Positions 1-8,870 of a stretch of 64,000 nt of DNA are shown in pieces. How positions within the stretch are numbered: position 1 is the stretch's first letter; each line of letters begins with the position of its first letter. A program made the position numbers and the translations under genes. Below the pieces are notes generated by a model. That model worked only from the letters and a program-made list of their open reading frames with translations, was not told where the DNA came from and did not search any database. Source of the DNA: Gemmatimonadales bacterium (GTDB taxonomy: Bacteria > Gemmatimonadota > Gemmatimonadetes > Gemmatimonadales > GWC2-71-9); the NCBI GenBank assembly GCA_044229245.1, contig JBGATI010000002.1, positions 261,302-325,301 of the forward strand, given 5' to 3'.

Positions 1-413
1 GGGTCGGCGGCGACGATCCAGCCGAGGACCAGCGAGAGCAGCGCCGTGCTCACGACGAAGGACGGTCGGGTGACGGCGCTCCACGCCCCGGTGGCGACCC
101 CGAGGTTCGCGACTAGCGCCGCCGTCGTGATGAGCAGGTCGACTCCGACCGTGGCCACGAGGAGCCGGAGCGGCATCAATCGCTTGAGCAGTGGCGTGGC
201 GAGTCCCCAGGCGAGACCTCCGACCACCAGCGCGCCGACCGCTGTCGCGCCGAGGATGGCGAGTGCGAGTTGCCACCAGAGGGGACGGGCGGCCACCGCG
301 GTCTGCACCAGCACGATCACCTGTACGACCGACCATGCGAGCATGGCGCCGCCGCCCCACGCGAAGGGGTGCCAGAGCGGACGACGGGGACGGGGCCGGA
401 TGTAGAATGGCAT
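1..413 (-). CDS. hydrophobic membrane protein, 3' end cut by window edge
   Basis: Hand reverse-translation from ATG (413-411) gives MPFYIRPRPRRPLWHPFAWGGGAMLAWSVVQVIVLVQTAVAARPLWWQLALAILGATAVGALVVGG... The frame is uninterrupted and hydrophobic down to position 1. It is absent from the ORF track because no stop lies inside the window. Confidence 0.4.
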   Translation of the reverse strand, partial: MPFYIRPRPRRPLWHPFAWGGGAMLAWSVVQVIVLVQTAVAARPLWWQLALAILGATAVGALVVGGLAWGLATPLLKRLMPLRLLVATVGVDLLITTAALVANLGVATGAWSAVTRPSFVVSTALLSLVLGWIVAAD

Positions 414-514
414 TAGACTGGAGGCTGCATCAGGCTCAAGCTGCAGGGACTCGGCGAGTCGTGCAAGAGCGCGACCGGCCAGTTGGCACCCATCGGACGC
501 AAGGAGACTCCGCC

Positions 515-1315
515 ATGACGAAGCCGATCACCCTCGGGCTGGCCGCTCTCGCCTGCGTGCTCGGTGCATCGCCGGCATCCTCGCAGCTGCCGAGTCACCC
601 CTTCGTCTACAGCCTCCTGCCGGTCGCGGCACCCGGCAAGAGTCGGGTGACCCTCTTCGGTGATGTTGCGTATGGCGAGCAGATGTTCGCCGCCCTGGGG
701 CCGGAGCACCTCGAGCAGCGGGTGGGCGCGGAGCTGGCACTCGGCAGCAGGGTGATGGTCGTGGCCCAGAGTGGCTGGCTGCCGTCATCCGACGCGGGGC
801 CAAGCCGGCTCAGCGGACAGGTGGAGGCCTTCCGGCGGCTGACCGGCACGCGGTCGCGGGTGCAGCTCACGGTCGGCCTTGGAGCAGGTCGCGACTATCA
901 GGCGACCACATCGGCGTTAGGCAGGCTCGTCGCCTGGGCCACCTGGGGGCAGAACACCGTCGTGACCAATGTCCGGCTCGAGCGGGCGTTCGGGAACCCT
1001 CGGCGCGACGGGCTGGATGTGAACACCACGATCGGGTTCGCGCACGCGGTGACTTCCCGCTTCCGCCTGGGGGTGGAGGCCGTGGCCGAGGATCTGGAGG
1101 GATTTGTCGAGTCCGACGAGGCGGAAGGTGGCGCCAAGCTGATGCTGGGACCGAGCCTCGCGTTCGGGTCCGCGAAGGGTGGCCTGGGCTTGAGCCTCAC
1201 CGGCGGTCCGGTCTTTCGCCTGAGCCGATCAAGCGTGTCGGGCTCGGCGTCCGGTGCCACCCGCGCCCTGGGGAACGGCTTCGTGCTGCGGAGCTCGATC
1301 GTGGTGCGGCCGTAG
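515..1315 (+). CDS. secreted hypothetical protein (possible outer-membrane beta-barrel)
   Basis: Internal ATG of track ORF 191..1315, preceded by AAGGAG (501-506). MTKPITLGLAALACVLGASPASSQ looks like a signal peptide, followed by an alternating hydrophobic pattern. Confidence 0.6.
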   Translation: MTKPITLGLAALACVLGASPASSQLPSHPFVYSLLPVAAPGKSRVTLFGDVAYGEQMFAALGPEHLEQRVGAELALGSRVMVVAQSGWLPSSDAGPSRLSGQVEAFRRLTGTRSRVQLTVGLGAGRDYQATTSALGRLVAWATWGQNTVVTNVRLERAFGNPRRDGLDVNTTIGFAHAVTSRFRLGVEAVAEDLEGFVESDEAEGGAKLMLGPSLAFGSAKGGLGLSLTGGPVFRLSRSSVSGSASGATRALGNGFVLRSSIVVRP

Positions 1316-1401
1316 GGGTCTCAGCGGAGACTGCGCAGCTCGACCGTCACTCTCCCAGGCTCTGGGCGATGCGAGAGCCATTGAGCGCTATTGAGGGACG
1401 G

Positions 1402-1686
1402 CTACACCGGCGTCAGGTGTTCGGTCTCGATGGGGGGCTGGGTACCGCGGGTCAGGAGCCGATCGGCGAAGTCGAGCCGCTCGTGCAATTCAGCGACCGT
1501 CGTCGTGAAGTCTGTCTGGAGGGACTCGACCTGTTCGGACAGGCGCGCGATCTCCCGTCGATCCGCGACCATCCGGCGGTCGTGGCGCAGCTTCAGCCAG
1601 AATCCGAACAGCCCGGTGCCACAGACAATGACGGTGGGGTAGATGACGGTCATCAGGCGCACGAGCCATTCGTCCATGGGTGCCAC
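1402..1686 (-). CDS. small membrane-anchored coiled-coil protein
   Basis: 94-aa ORF with one hydrophobic helix (LMTVIYPTVIVCGTGLFGFWL) and then a heptad-like segment. No family recognised. Confidence 0.45.
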   Translation of the reverse strand: MAPMDEWLVRLMTVIYPTVIVCGTGLFGFWLKLRHDRRMVADRREIARLSEQVESLQTDFTTTVAELHERLDFADRLLTRGTQPPIETEHLTPV

Positions 1687-1756
1687 CTCATGTCGGAGTG
1701 ATGGTACGCTGAATGGTGCGGGAGCGGGCTGGTCCCGTCAACCGCGCCGTCTCAGC

Positions 1757-2338
1757 CTACTGCTTCGCTGCTGCCGCGGCTGTCGGCGCAGCGGCTGTGT
1801 AGAGCACCATGTCCGCGCTGCCATACACCTCCACGGCGCCGTGCAGGTGGAGACCGCTTCGTTCGAGGACGCGGCGGGAGGCGTGGTTCGGCGCGTCGAC
1901 GACGGCATGAAGCCGGGAGAGCCCGTAGCGTTGCCAGGCGTCCGCCATCACCGCGGCCGCCGCTTCGGTGGCGAGCCCCAGTCCGTGCCACGGTCGCGCC
2001 AGCATGTAGGCCAGCTCCGGACCCCAGCGCTCCTCCGCTAGCGCGGGAGTCAGGATGCCGCACCAGCCGAGGAAGGTGCCCGCGGGTGCCGCGAGCTCCG
2101 GGCCAGCGGTGAGCGCCCAGCAGATGTAGCCACGGGTGCGGTGGCCTTCGGCGAAATGCTCGAGAAAGTCGCGTCGGGCACGGAGCCGGCGCTCCTCGTC
2201 CGAGGTGATCGGGCCGTAGGCGTGGAAGAAAGCCATGACGGCGGGATCACAGACGCAGGAGCTGTAGAACGCCTCGAAGTCCTCCTCACCAAAGGGGCGC
2301 AGGAGGAGGCGTGGCGTCGCGAGGGAGGGTTCCGTCAT
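1757..2338 (-). CDS. GNAT family N-acetyltransferase (RimJ/RimL-like)
   Basis: PRLLLRPFGEEDFEAFY near the N-terminus and WHGLGLATEAAAAV in the acetyl-CoA region. Start moved to ATG 2338 (MTEPSLATPRLLL), which removes an Arg-rich extension. Confidence 0.8.
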   Translation of the reverse strand: MTEPSLATPRLLLRPFGEEDFEAFYSSCVCDPAVMAFFHAYGPITSDEERRLRARRDFLEHFAEGHRTRGYICWALTAGPELAAPAGTFLGWCGILTPALAEERWGPELAYMLARPWHGLGLATEAAAAVMADAWQRYGLSRLHAVVDAPNHASRRVLERSGLHLHGAVEVYGSADMVLYTAAAPTAAAAAKQ

Positions 2339-2366
2339 CGGTTGATTTGTGTACGCCCCGCGAGCA

Positions 2367-3272
2367 CTAGTGGCCAGCCCTGATCGAATCCGCACACAAC
2401 ACCACACCCTGCGCGTCGACGAGGTTGTCGCACCGAACCTTCTCGCCATCAAAGAAGATGCCCTCCTGCATGAGGACGCGGACCTTCTGGCCCCGCGAGG
2501 TTCCCGGCGAGTACTCGCGGGCCAGGAGCGTCATGATCGCGGCTGGCTCGAAGGCACGATCGGTAGAGCTTGTGACTTTCGTGCTGCCGGGCTCCGGATG
2601 ACCCGCCGTGTCGACCACGAACTGAAGGGTCACTTTGCCGGCGCGGTCCAGACGGTCCTTCGGATGGTAGCGCATGTGCCCGACCCTGAGGCGCGGCGAA
2701 TCGTCGACCTCCGCGGCGAGAAAGACCTCTCCCTCGACTGCCGTGGCCCGGGCCGGAAGCTGCTGACGAACGAGCGTCACCCGTGCGAATGGCCGCCGGA
2801 CCCCGGCGCTGTCGTTGTCCATGTGCCACCGCCACGAGTCGACCTGCCGGTCGTAGACGAAGGTCGTGTGGAACTTGTTGACGGGGTCGTAGTCGAAGAG
2901 AAATGGAATCGAATCGCCCGCCACATAGCCGCGTCCCGTCCCGATCGGATCGAAGGCCGAGGTGCCCGTGTTGTCGAGCCAGAGCGCGGCATACTCGCCG
3001 GTCTTGGGGTCTCGGCCGAAGAGCACGACCGCCTCGTAGGCGGGCGTCCCATCCGGCCCCCGTTCCCGGGAGATCTCATGCATCTCGACATACCCCTTGC
3101 CCAGGAGCCAGGCGAAGGTCACGTCATGGGTGGTGGATTGATGGGCGATGGTGCCCTGCAGCACCCAGGTGCCGATCAGCCGGGCAAAGAGCGAGTCGGG
3201 GGGCAGGCCCTGCGCCTGTAGAGGAGAGCTCATGGCCAGGACGAGCGTGACGGCGGCGAGGATCGGTTTCAT
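2367..3272 (-). CDS. secreted two-domain protein: DUF1579-like N-terminal half plus TonB C-terminal-like domain
   Basis: Signal peptide MKPILAAVTLVLAMSSPLQAQ. C-terminal GKVTLQFVVDTAGHPEPGSTKV...FEPAAIMTLLAREYSPGTSRGQKV resembles TonB_C. The N-terminal half has a decayed paralog at 5765-6150. Confidence 0.7.
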   Translation of the reverse strand: MKPILAAVTLVLAMSSPLQAQGLPPDSLFARLIGTWVLQGTIAHQSTTHDVTFAWLLGKGYVEMHEISRERGPDGTPAYEAVVLFGRDPKTGEYAALWLDNTGTSAFDPIGTGRGYVAGDSIPFLFDYDPVNKFHTTFVYDRQVDSWRWHMDNDSAGVRRPFARVTLVRQQLPARATAVEGEVFLAAEVDDSPRLRVGHMRYHPKDRLDRAGKVTLQFVVDTAGHPEPGSTKVTSSTDRAFEPAAIMTLLAREYSPGTSRGQKVRVLMQEGIFFDGEKVRCDNLVDAQGVVLCADSIRAGH

Positions 3273-3302
3273 GTGGTTGCCAGGCGAATGCTGATAGCCG
3301 TC

Positions 3303-3680
3303 TCAGGAATGAGGGAGGCCGAGCAGGGTGGAGAAAGCCTTCCTCAGGGCGCCTGTTGCTGCGAGCTCGGCCCGACTCCAGGCTGCCTGGTTGCCGGCCG
3401 GTCGTTCGGGATAGAGTGCCTGAACGATTTCTTCCAGGCGCCTGGGAGGAGGCGGTGCCAGGCCGGCAGGGACGGGCAGCGGCACCCTGCGTGACGCCTG
3501 CGGTTCGAGCGCCACTGCCTCACGAGAGACCGCCTCCCGACGGCGGGGCTCAGGCTCCGGGTCCGGAGCGGCCGTCGCCAGCGCCGTGGGCGGATTGCGC
3601 CGCGGCGGGTCGAGTGAGCCACCCGGGTCGGGGATGGGCAGGAAACGCGGCAGTCGAGCCTGCTTCTGAAGGACGTCCAA
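3303..3680 (-). CDS. proline-rich hypothetical protein
   Basis: 125-aa ORF co-oriented with the neighbouring genes, with mostly G/C third positions. Competes with two other long overlapping ORFs. No family recognised. Confidence 0.3.
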   Translation of the reverse strand: MDVLQKQARLPRFLPIPDPGGSLDPPRRNPPTALATAAPDPEPEPRRREAVSREAVALEPQASRRVPLPVPAGLAPPPPRRLEEIVQALYPERPAGNQAAWSRAELAATGALRKAFSTLLGLPHS

Positions 3681-3825
3681 ACATGGGGAGCGGTACCGGG
3701 AGCGGCAAGCCGCTCCAGAGAGGCAGTCGGTCGCCTCCTCTCCCGCCCCACACCGAAACCGCGCACCGACCCCTCGGATCGATGCGCGGCTTTGGTAGCG
3801 TAGTTGCCCTGCCCCGCACCTGCTC

Positions 3826-4245
3826 CTAGCGGGTCACCTGCACGAACACCGGCGCCTTGCTCGTGACCGACTGGTCCGCCGCCTCTGCGAGCGCCGCCTG
3901 CCAGCTCGCCGTCGAGGCGGAATCCGGGATCGTCATCGATGTCGTCGGCGCCTCCGCCGGCTCGGCGCAGGTCACCACGATCTCCATCGGTGTATAGATG
4001 CTGAAGGTGAGAAGGGTGACCAGCTGATTCAGAAAGCTCAGCTTGGTCTCCACCTTCGCGACGCCGGTCGCACACTTCGACGCCGTTTCAATGGTCTTGG
4101 GAGGAACCAGGCCGGCGATCCAGCCGGAGGCCCAGCGCTTCTCGATGGTCACAGTGGAAGGCTTGGCTCCGGTTTCGATGGTCGCATGATAGCATCCCAT
4201 CACGGTCACCAGGCCAACCAGAACAGCAGCTACTCGGACGCGCAT
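3826..4245 (-). CDS. Bor/Iss-family lipoprotein
   Basis: Lipobox VTVMGC. VETKLSFLNQLVTLLTFSIYTPMEIVVTC matches the remembered conserved Bor core (..TF.NGLL.F.TLGIYTP.E..V.C). Confidence 0.7.
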   Translation of the reverse strand: MRVRVAAVLVGLVTVMGCYHATIETGAKPSTVTIEKRWASGWIAGLVPPKTIETASKCATGVAKVETKLSFLNQLVTLLTFSIYTPMEIVVTCAEPAEAPTTSMTIPDSASTASWQAALAEAADQSVTSKAPVFVQVTR

Positions 4246-4318
4246 TCAGTTCCTTGCTGAGGATGTGGACTTCACCTGCTAGAGCCGCGCCCAACCTACC
4301 CCTCTTCCGACATTGTTC

Positions 4319-5407
4319 CTAGCGCCTGGGCGCATCGTATTCCATCTGAATCGCAATGAACTCCGCCGTCCGCTCCCCATACCACCCCGCCATCCTGACC
4401 AGCGTGCTGTCGAGCGCGCTCGCCGGCGGCGCCGCAGGCAGCGTTACCGAGCGCGCAATATTGCTGGCAGACGCGCGCGTCCGATCGGCGTGGAACCGCA
4501 GTCCCTGCCGCCCGGTGATGGTGGCCTCCGACTCCGAGACCAGGACGCCCGTGGCGCGGCGCGAGATGGCGTCGAGGGTCAGGCCGAGCGCGATCTCATC
4601 GACCCCGTCGGCGACGGGGATCGCGATCTCGTCGTGGCGCCAGAAGGCCACCTGATCGATGAGCAGCATCCCCCACATCATCGGGGTGAAGCGAAAGGCG
4701 TGGCTGTCGTGGGTGGGACCCCAGTCCGGCACTCCGATGCGCTCGGCCACGCGCCGAGCGGCGGAGTCGCCGCCGATCCGCGCGACCAGCATCAGCGAGA
4801 CCGGCGTCGAGGCGGTGACCCCGGTCGTGGTGATGATCTTGCCGTCACTCACGTAGCGCTGATCCCAGACCCATTGGGTCTTGGGGAAGTTCTTGGTCAG
4901 TCGTTTCAGTGACGCCCAGTGGCCGGTGGCGCGGTGCCCCTCGAGCAATCCGGCGTTCGCCACCGTCCAGACCCCGTCGCACACGCCGACGATCGTGGCA
5001 CCCTGGGCCGCCTGACGCTGCAGCCACTTCAGGATCACCGGATCGTCGTTCGGCATGATGTTGGGCACCACGATGTAGTCGGCGCCCGCCGGATGGCTCG
5101 CGTCAAAGGCGGCGAGCGTCAGGTCCGGGTCGACCGCGAGGCTGCTCCGGTTGAACCGGATCGGTGCCGACTCGGCCGCCACCGTGACCACCGTGCCGAC
5201 ATCGGCCTCCGCCAGGATGGCGCGGGGAATCAGGAAATCGGTGAGCTCGGTCCTGGCGTTGCTGCCCACCACGACGATCACCGGGCGTGCATGAACCGGT
5301 CTGCCCGCGGTGTCCGCCACGGTCGGCGCCTGCCCCGCGGCGATCCGCGGACCGGCGGCTGTGGCGAGGCCGACGACGAGCCAGGTGATCGCATGGGTGG
5401 GGGTCAT
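4319..5407 (-). CDS. secreted DJ-1/PfpI family (class I glutamine amidotransferase-like) protein
   Basis: N-terminal signal-like helix. ATIVGVCDGVWTVANAGLLEGHRATGHW contains the nucleophile-elbow Cys typical of DJ-1/PfpI. Confidence 0.85.
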   Translation of the reverse strand: MTPTHAITWLVVGLATAAGPRIAAGQAPTVADTAGRPVHARPVIVVVGSNARTELTDFLIPRAILAEADVGTVVTVAAESAPIRFNRSSLAVDPDLTLAAFDASHPAGADYIVVPNIMPNDDPVILKWLQRQAAQGATIVGVCDGVWTVANAGLLEGHRATGHWASLKRLTKNFPKTQWVWDQRYVSDGKIITTTGVTASTPVSLMLVARIGGDSAARRVAERIGVPDWGPTHDSHAFRFTPMMWGMLLIDQVAFWRHDEIAIPVADGVDEIALGLTLDAISRRATGVLVSESEATITGRQGLRFHADRTRASASNIARSVTLPAAPPASALDSTLVRMAGWYGERTAEFIAIQMEYDAPRR

Positions 5408-5410
5408 GAC

Positions 5411-5560
5411 TCAGGCCGCCTTGCAGGCGCAGGTGGCGCCGCAGGTGCAGCTCTCGCCGCACGCGCAGCCGGCTCGGCGCGCCGATTCGGCGTTCTGGCA
5501 GCCGCAGGTGCAGGACGACCCGGGGCAGGTGCTGCAGGTACAGGTGGTCTCGGTGGACAT
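5411..5560 (-). CDS. metallothionein-like cysteine-rich peptide (49 aa)
   Basis: Hand translation: MSTETTCTCSTCPGSSCTCGCQNAESARRAGCACGESCTCGATCACKAA. It has 12 Cys in CxC motifs. GAGGAG lies 7 nt upstream of the ATG, and the stop is 3 nt before the DJ-1/PfpI ATG. It is below the size cut-off of the ORF track. Confidence 0.6.
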   Translation of the reverse strand: MSTETTCTCSTCPGSSCTCGCQNAESARRAGCACGESCTCGATCACKAA

Positions 5561-5764
5561 GCTGGACTCCTCGTGCTCGGGTGAACCATCATGGTGACGG
5601 CACGAGTATACGGCCCGGCGGCTGGCGGGGATTGAACGAAGGGGCTGTGGTGGAGGGAGGGTGGGGGCGTCCTGTCCAGTCGAAGGACGTCCCGGACGTC
5701 AAGGGAGCAGTCCCGTTGAGGGAGACTCTAGGCACGGGGTCTGTTACGAGCCGGCCTTCCCTCG

Positions 5765-6150
5765 AGTGAGCGTGACCCGTGCAACTGGCCGACGGATCCC
5801 GACGCTCTCGTTGTCCATGTGCCATTGCTAGAAGTCGTGCCCCCGGTCGTAGGCGAAGGTCATGAGTAGCCTGTTGACGGCATCGAAGTCAAAGAGAAAC
5901 GGACTGGAATCTGCCACCACCTAGCCCCGCCCCGTCCCGATCGCGTCAAAGGCGATGGTGCCCGTGTTGTCCAGCCACAGCTCGGCACAGTTGCCGGTCT
6001 TAGGGTCTCGGCCGATGAGCACGCCCATCTCGTGGGCGGGTTTCCCATCCGGCACAAAAGTTCCCGGGAAAGCTCGTGCGTCTCGATGTACCCCCTACGG
6101 AGGCTAGTTAAAGGGCACGTCATTGGTGCCCAAAGTAACACCGCCCCTAA
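5765..6150 (-). pseudogene. decayed fragment paralogous to the N-terminal half of CDS 2367..3272
   Basis: Nucleotide-level similarity to 2765-3130 (for example ..gacggggtcgtagtcgaagagaaatgg.. versus ..gacggcatcgaagtcaaagagaaacgg..). Several in-frame TAG stops. Both the signal peptide and the TonB_C part are missing. Confidence 0.7.
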
Positions 6151-6232
6151 CCTGCCAGTCGGGCTAGCGCCTGACTAACTTTCATGGTGTAGCCCAATCC
6201 ATGGCTCTAATCTGAGAGAAGGATCGGACAAC

Positions 6233-7216
6233 TTGAGCCAGCCAAGCGCAATAGCCGACTCGTCGTTTCAGCGATTCCAGATCTTGAGCCTGGATGGTGG
6301 AGGAATCCGGGGCATTTTCTCGGCTGCAGTTCTGGCCGCAATCGAGGATGACCTCGGCGTTGAGGTTGATAAGCATTTCGACCTAGTGGCCGGAACCTCC
6401 ACAGGGGGCATTATCGCATTGGCGTTGGGCCTTGGGATTCGCCCAAGACAAATTCTAGAGTTCTACGTCAGTTATGGAGCCCGCATTTTCGAAAGACGCT
6501 TTGGGTTGGAATTGATTCAGCATTGGATGATAAGGAAGTACTCGTCGAAACCTCTTGAGTCTGCATTAAAGTCCATATTTGGCGATAAGAGTTTCGGCGA
6601 CAGTTCATTACGATTAGTTGTTCCCGCCTATAACCTCGACACTGACGAGGTGTACAATTTCCGGACGCCGCACCTAGAGCGCCTGAGACGCGATTACAGA
6701 GTTCCTGCATGGAAGGTGGCAATGGCGACAAGCGCTGCCCCTACATTCTTCTCCGCGTATCGTGGTGTAGACTCTGCACGCCTCTTAGATGGAGGCATCT
6801 GGGCGAACAATCCCTCGATGGTAGCGATAGTAGAGGCAGCTTGTGCACTCGATGTGCCAATGGCCAACATTGCGATGTTGAGTATCGGTACGCTTTCGCC
6901 GGTCGTAAGGAGGCGCTCGTATCTAGACTGGGTTGGTCTGTTGGGTTGGGCGAGGAAGGCGCCCGCCCTCATCATGAGGGCAACATCGACTGGAGTGGTG
7001 AATCATGTAAGACACCTGCTTGGTCCGAGTCGCTTCCAGCGAATTGACCCGGCAGTCCCAGATGGGAATTTGGATTTAGATAGCGTCAACTCAGCAGAGA
7101 GCTATTTGGGTCGCGCTGGCCATTTCAGTCGCTCAGCGATGCCAGAGATCCGGGGTCGGTTCTTCGAGCACAAGGCTTCACCCTATACCCCCTTACATAG
7201 AGTGCAACGCGCGTGA
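6233..7216 (+). CDS. patatin-like phospholipase, CBASS effector (CapV-like)
   Basis: LDGGGIRG oxyanion motif, GTSTGG nucleophile elbow and a LLDGG Asp motif. TTG start follows GAGAGAAGGA. The stop overlaps the next gene's start (GTGA). Confidence 0.85.
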   Translation: MSQPSAIADSSFQRFQILSLDGGGIRGIFSAAVLAAIEDDLGVEVDKHFDLVAGTSTGGIIALALGLGIRPRQILEFYVSYGARIFERRFGLELIQHWMIRKYSSKPLESALKSIFGDKSFGDSSLRLVVPAYNLDTDEVYNFRTPHLERLRRDYRVPAWKVAMATSAAPTFFSAYRGVDSARLLDGGIWANNPSMVAIVEAACALDVPMANIAMLSIGTLSPVVRRRSYLDWVGLLGWARKAPALIMRATSTGVVNHVRHLLGPSRFQRIDPAVPDGNLDLDSVNSAESYLGRAGHFSRSAMPEIRGRFFEHKASPYTPLHRVQRA

Positions 7217-8625
7217 GCGGCTCAGATCTTTCATCTCTGTGGGAAGAAGCCATTGCGTCGCTTGACCTTCCAGAGGCGCTCTCCACTGAGGCCGTCCTCA
7301 CATACCAGGATGTCGCATCCTGGCTAGGCGAGCAGGACTCTCCGCTCCAGCCTCATCGCCCTGAGTTGTACCCACAAGGTTCATTCCGACTCGGTACACC
7401 CGTCCGACCTCACAAGGCGAAGGATGAATTTGACATTGATCTTGTGTGCAAGCTGGAAATCAAGAAGGAGCGGATATCCCAAGCTGACCTCAAGCAGATG
7501 GTCGGACGACGGCTTAGAGCGCATCCAGAACATGGCACAAGCGTTGACGAACGGAGGCGTTGTTGGACCATTTCATTCGAGACAAGGTTTCATTTGGATG
7601 TCCTGCCAGCGATTCCTGACGAGGAACAGGCAGGGAGCTCCCTGCTGATCACAGACATGGAGTTAACGAGGTGGCAGCCGAGTAATCCAATTGGCTTTGC
7701 TGACTGGTTCTATTCACGAATGGTTGTTCCGTTGAATGAGAGCCGCGAAGCCCTGGCCAAATCGCTGCGGGCATCGATTGAAGACGTGCCAGTGTGGGCG
7801 GTCCGCACTCCACTTCAGCGAACTGTTCAGCTGCTGAAACGTCATCGCGACGTAAGATTCCGAGGAAGTCCGCAGACGTGCCCCGTATCAGTAATTCTCA
7901 CGACGCTTGCAGCGAAAGCGTATCAGCAGGAGCGAAGGCTTGAGGACGCTATTGTCTCGATAGTGTCGCGGATGCCTGAGGGTATTGAGAAGCGCAATGG
8001 CAAATGGTGGGTGGAGAATCCGGCCCACCCCGACGAGAATTTTGCGGATAAATGGAATGAAGAGCCAGAGAGGCGTGTCGCTTTCCTTAAGTGGCTAGAG
8101 GCGCTTAGCGCCGATGTCTCTTCTATCGCACATTCTGCTTCAAGCCAAGATGCACGCCGCTTGACGGAAGGGCTGTTGGACGTTCAGGGCGCAAAGGAGC
8201 GGTTGTTGTTGGAGTCGACAGTACCTGACGTCGATTCAACGTCTCACATCAAGAGTCCGCTTTGGCCTGTGAGCTTGCGATACCATTGTGGGGTCACAGT
8301 GGGTGTTCACAGACGGAAGCGCCATGGCCCGAGGCTGTGGTACATGGGAGCTCGGCTGGTCCCAAAGAGCGCGGGCCTGAGATTCGAGGCCACAACAGAC
8401 ACTCCGCAGCCCTTCGAGATCAAATGGCAGGTTTCAAATAGCGGCGCGGAGGCCCGTAAGGCAGGAGCGCTGCGAGGAGGGTTCGAAGATGGTGAGGGCC
8501 GGATGGGAAACGTCCGGTGGGAAGAGACACGATACAGGGGCACTCATCTTGTTGAGGCTTTTGTGATAAAGGACGGAGTCGCAGTAGCTAGGTCGGGACC
8601 TGTGCCGGTGCGAGTTGCTAGGTAG
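7213..8625 (+). CDS. CD-NTase / SMODS-type nucleotidyltransferase with a ~130-aa C-terminal extension
   Basis: YPQGSFRLGTPVRP (GS motif), DEFDIDLVC and HLDVLPA give the pol-beta NTase triad pattern. Translationally coupled to the patatin gene. Confidence 0.8.
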   Translation: MSGSDLSSLWEEAIASLDLPEALSTEAVLTYQDVASWLGEQDSPLQPHRPELYPQGSFRLGTPVRPHKAKDEFDIDLVCKLEIKKERISQADLKQMVGRRLRAHPEHGTSVDERRRCWTISFETRFHLDVLPAIPDEEQAGSSLLITDMELTRWQPSNPIGFADWFYSRMVVPLNESREALAKSLRASIEDVPVWAVRTPLQRTVQLLKRHRDVRFRGSPQTCPVSVILTTLAAKAYQQERRLEDAIVSIVSRMPEGIEKRNGKWWVENPAHPDENFADKWNEEPERRVAFLKWLEALSADVSSIAHSASSQDARRLTEGLLDVQGAKERLLLESTVPDVDSTSHIKSPLWPVSLRYHCGVTVGVHRRKRHGPRLWYMGARLVPKSAGLRFEATTDTPQPFEIKWQVSNSGAEARKAGALRGGFEDGEGRMGNVRWEETRYRGTHLVEAFVIKDGVAVARSGPVPVRVAR

Positions 8626-8820
8626 CTCGCTGATTTGACCCGAGCCGAGGCTAGCCGGACGGCCATTTCTGCCGGAAGGTAAGGACCATCCAATCCTCTG
8701 TTCTAAAATCACGCGGCGAGGGTAGTTCGGTCTGCGCAACGAGGTCGCCCAATGCCCTGCATGGCATGGTCAGCCGTGCGAAGTTTGACGATTCTACAGC
8801 GAGCCGCCTGGTTGTGCGCA

Positions 8821-8867
8821 ACAAACCTGCGGCCGCGCCCCGTGGCTGTACGTGCGCCGAGGAGGCC
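8821..8867 (-). repeat. degenerate half-copy of the attC-like element (E8)
   Basis: ACAAACCTGCGGCCGCGCCCCGTGG..GTACGTGCG..GAGGCC aligns with the right half of E13/E15, directly after the GIY-YIG stop. Confidence 0.3.
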
Positions 8868-8870
8868 TCA

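Noticed and set aside
3344-4075. Overlapping ORFs 3344..4075(-) and 3356..3829(+) in the gap between the TonB_C-like gene and the Bor-like lipoprotein.
   Set aside because: 3344..4075 overlaps the well-supported Bor-like CDS out of frame. Both have Arg/Pro/Gly-rich nonsense-like composition. Only 3303..3680(-) was kept, at low confidence.
6107-6200. GTTAAAGGGCACG and GCGCCTGACTAAC-TTTCATGG-TGTAGCCC resemble the arms and boxes of the attC-like element at the left island edge.
   Set aside because: The first string is explained by homology of the pseudogene to 3100-3125 of its paralog. The second is only a short partial match with no partner arm.
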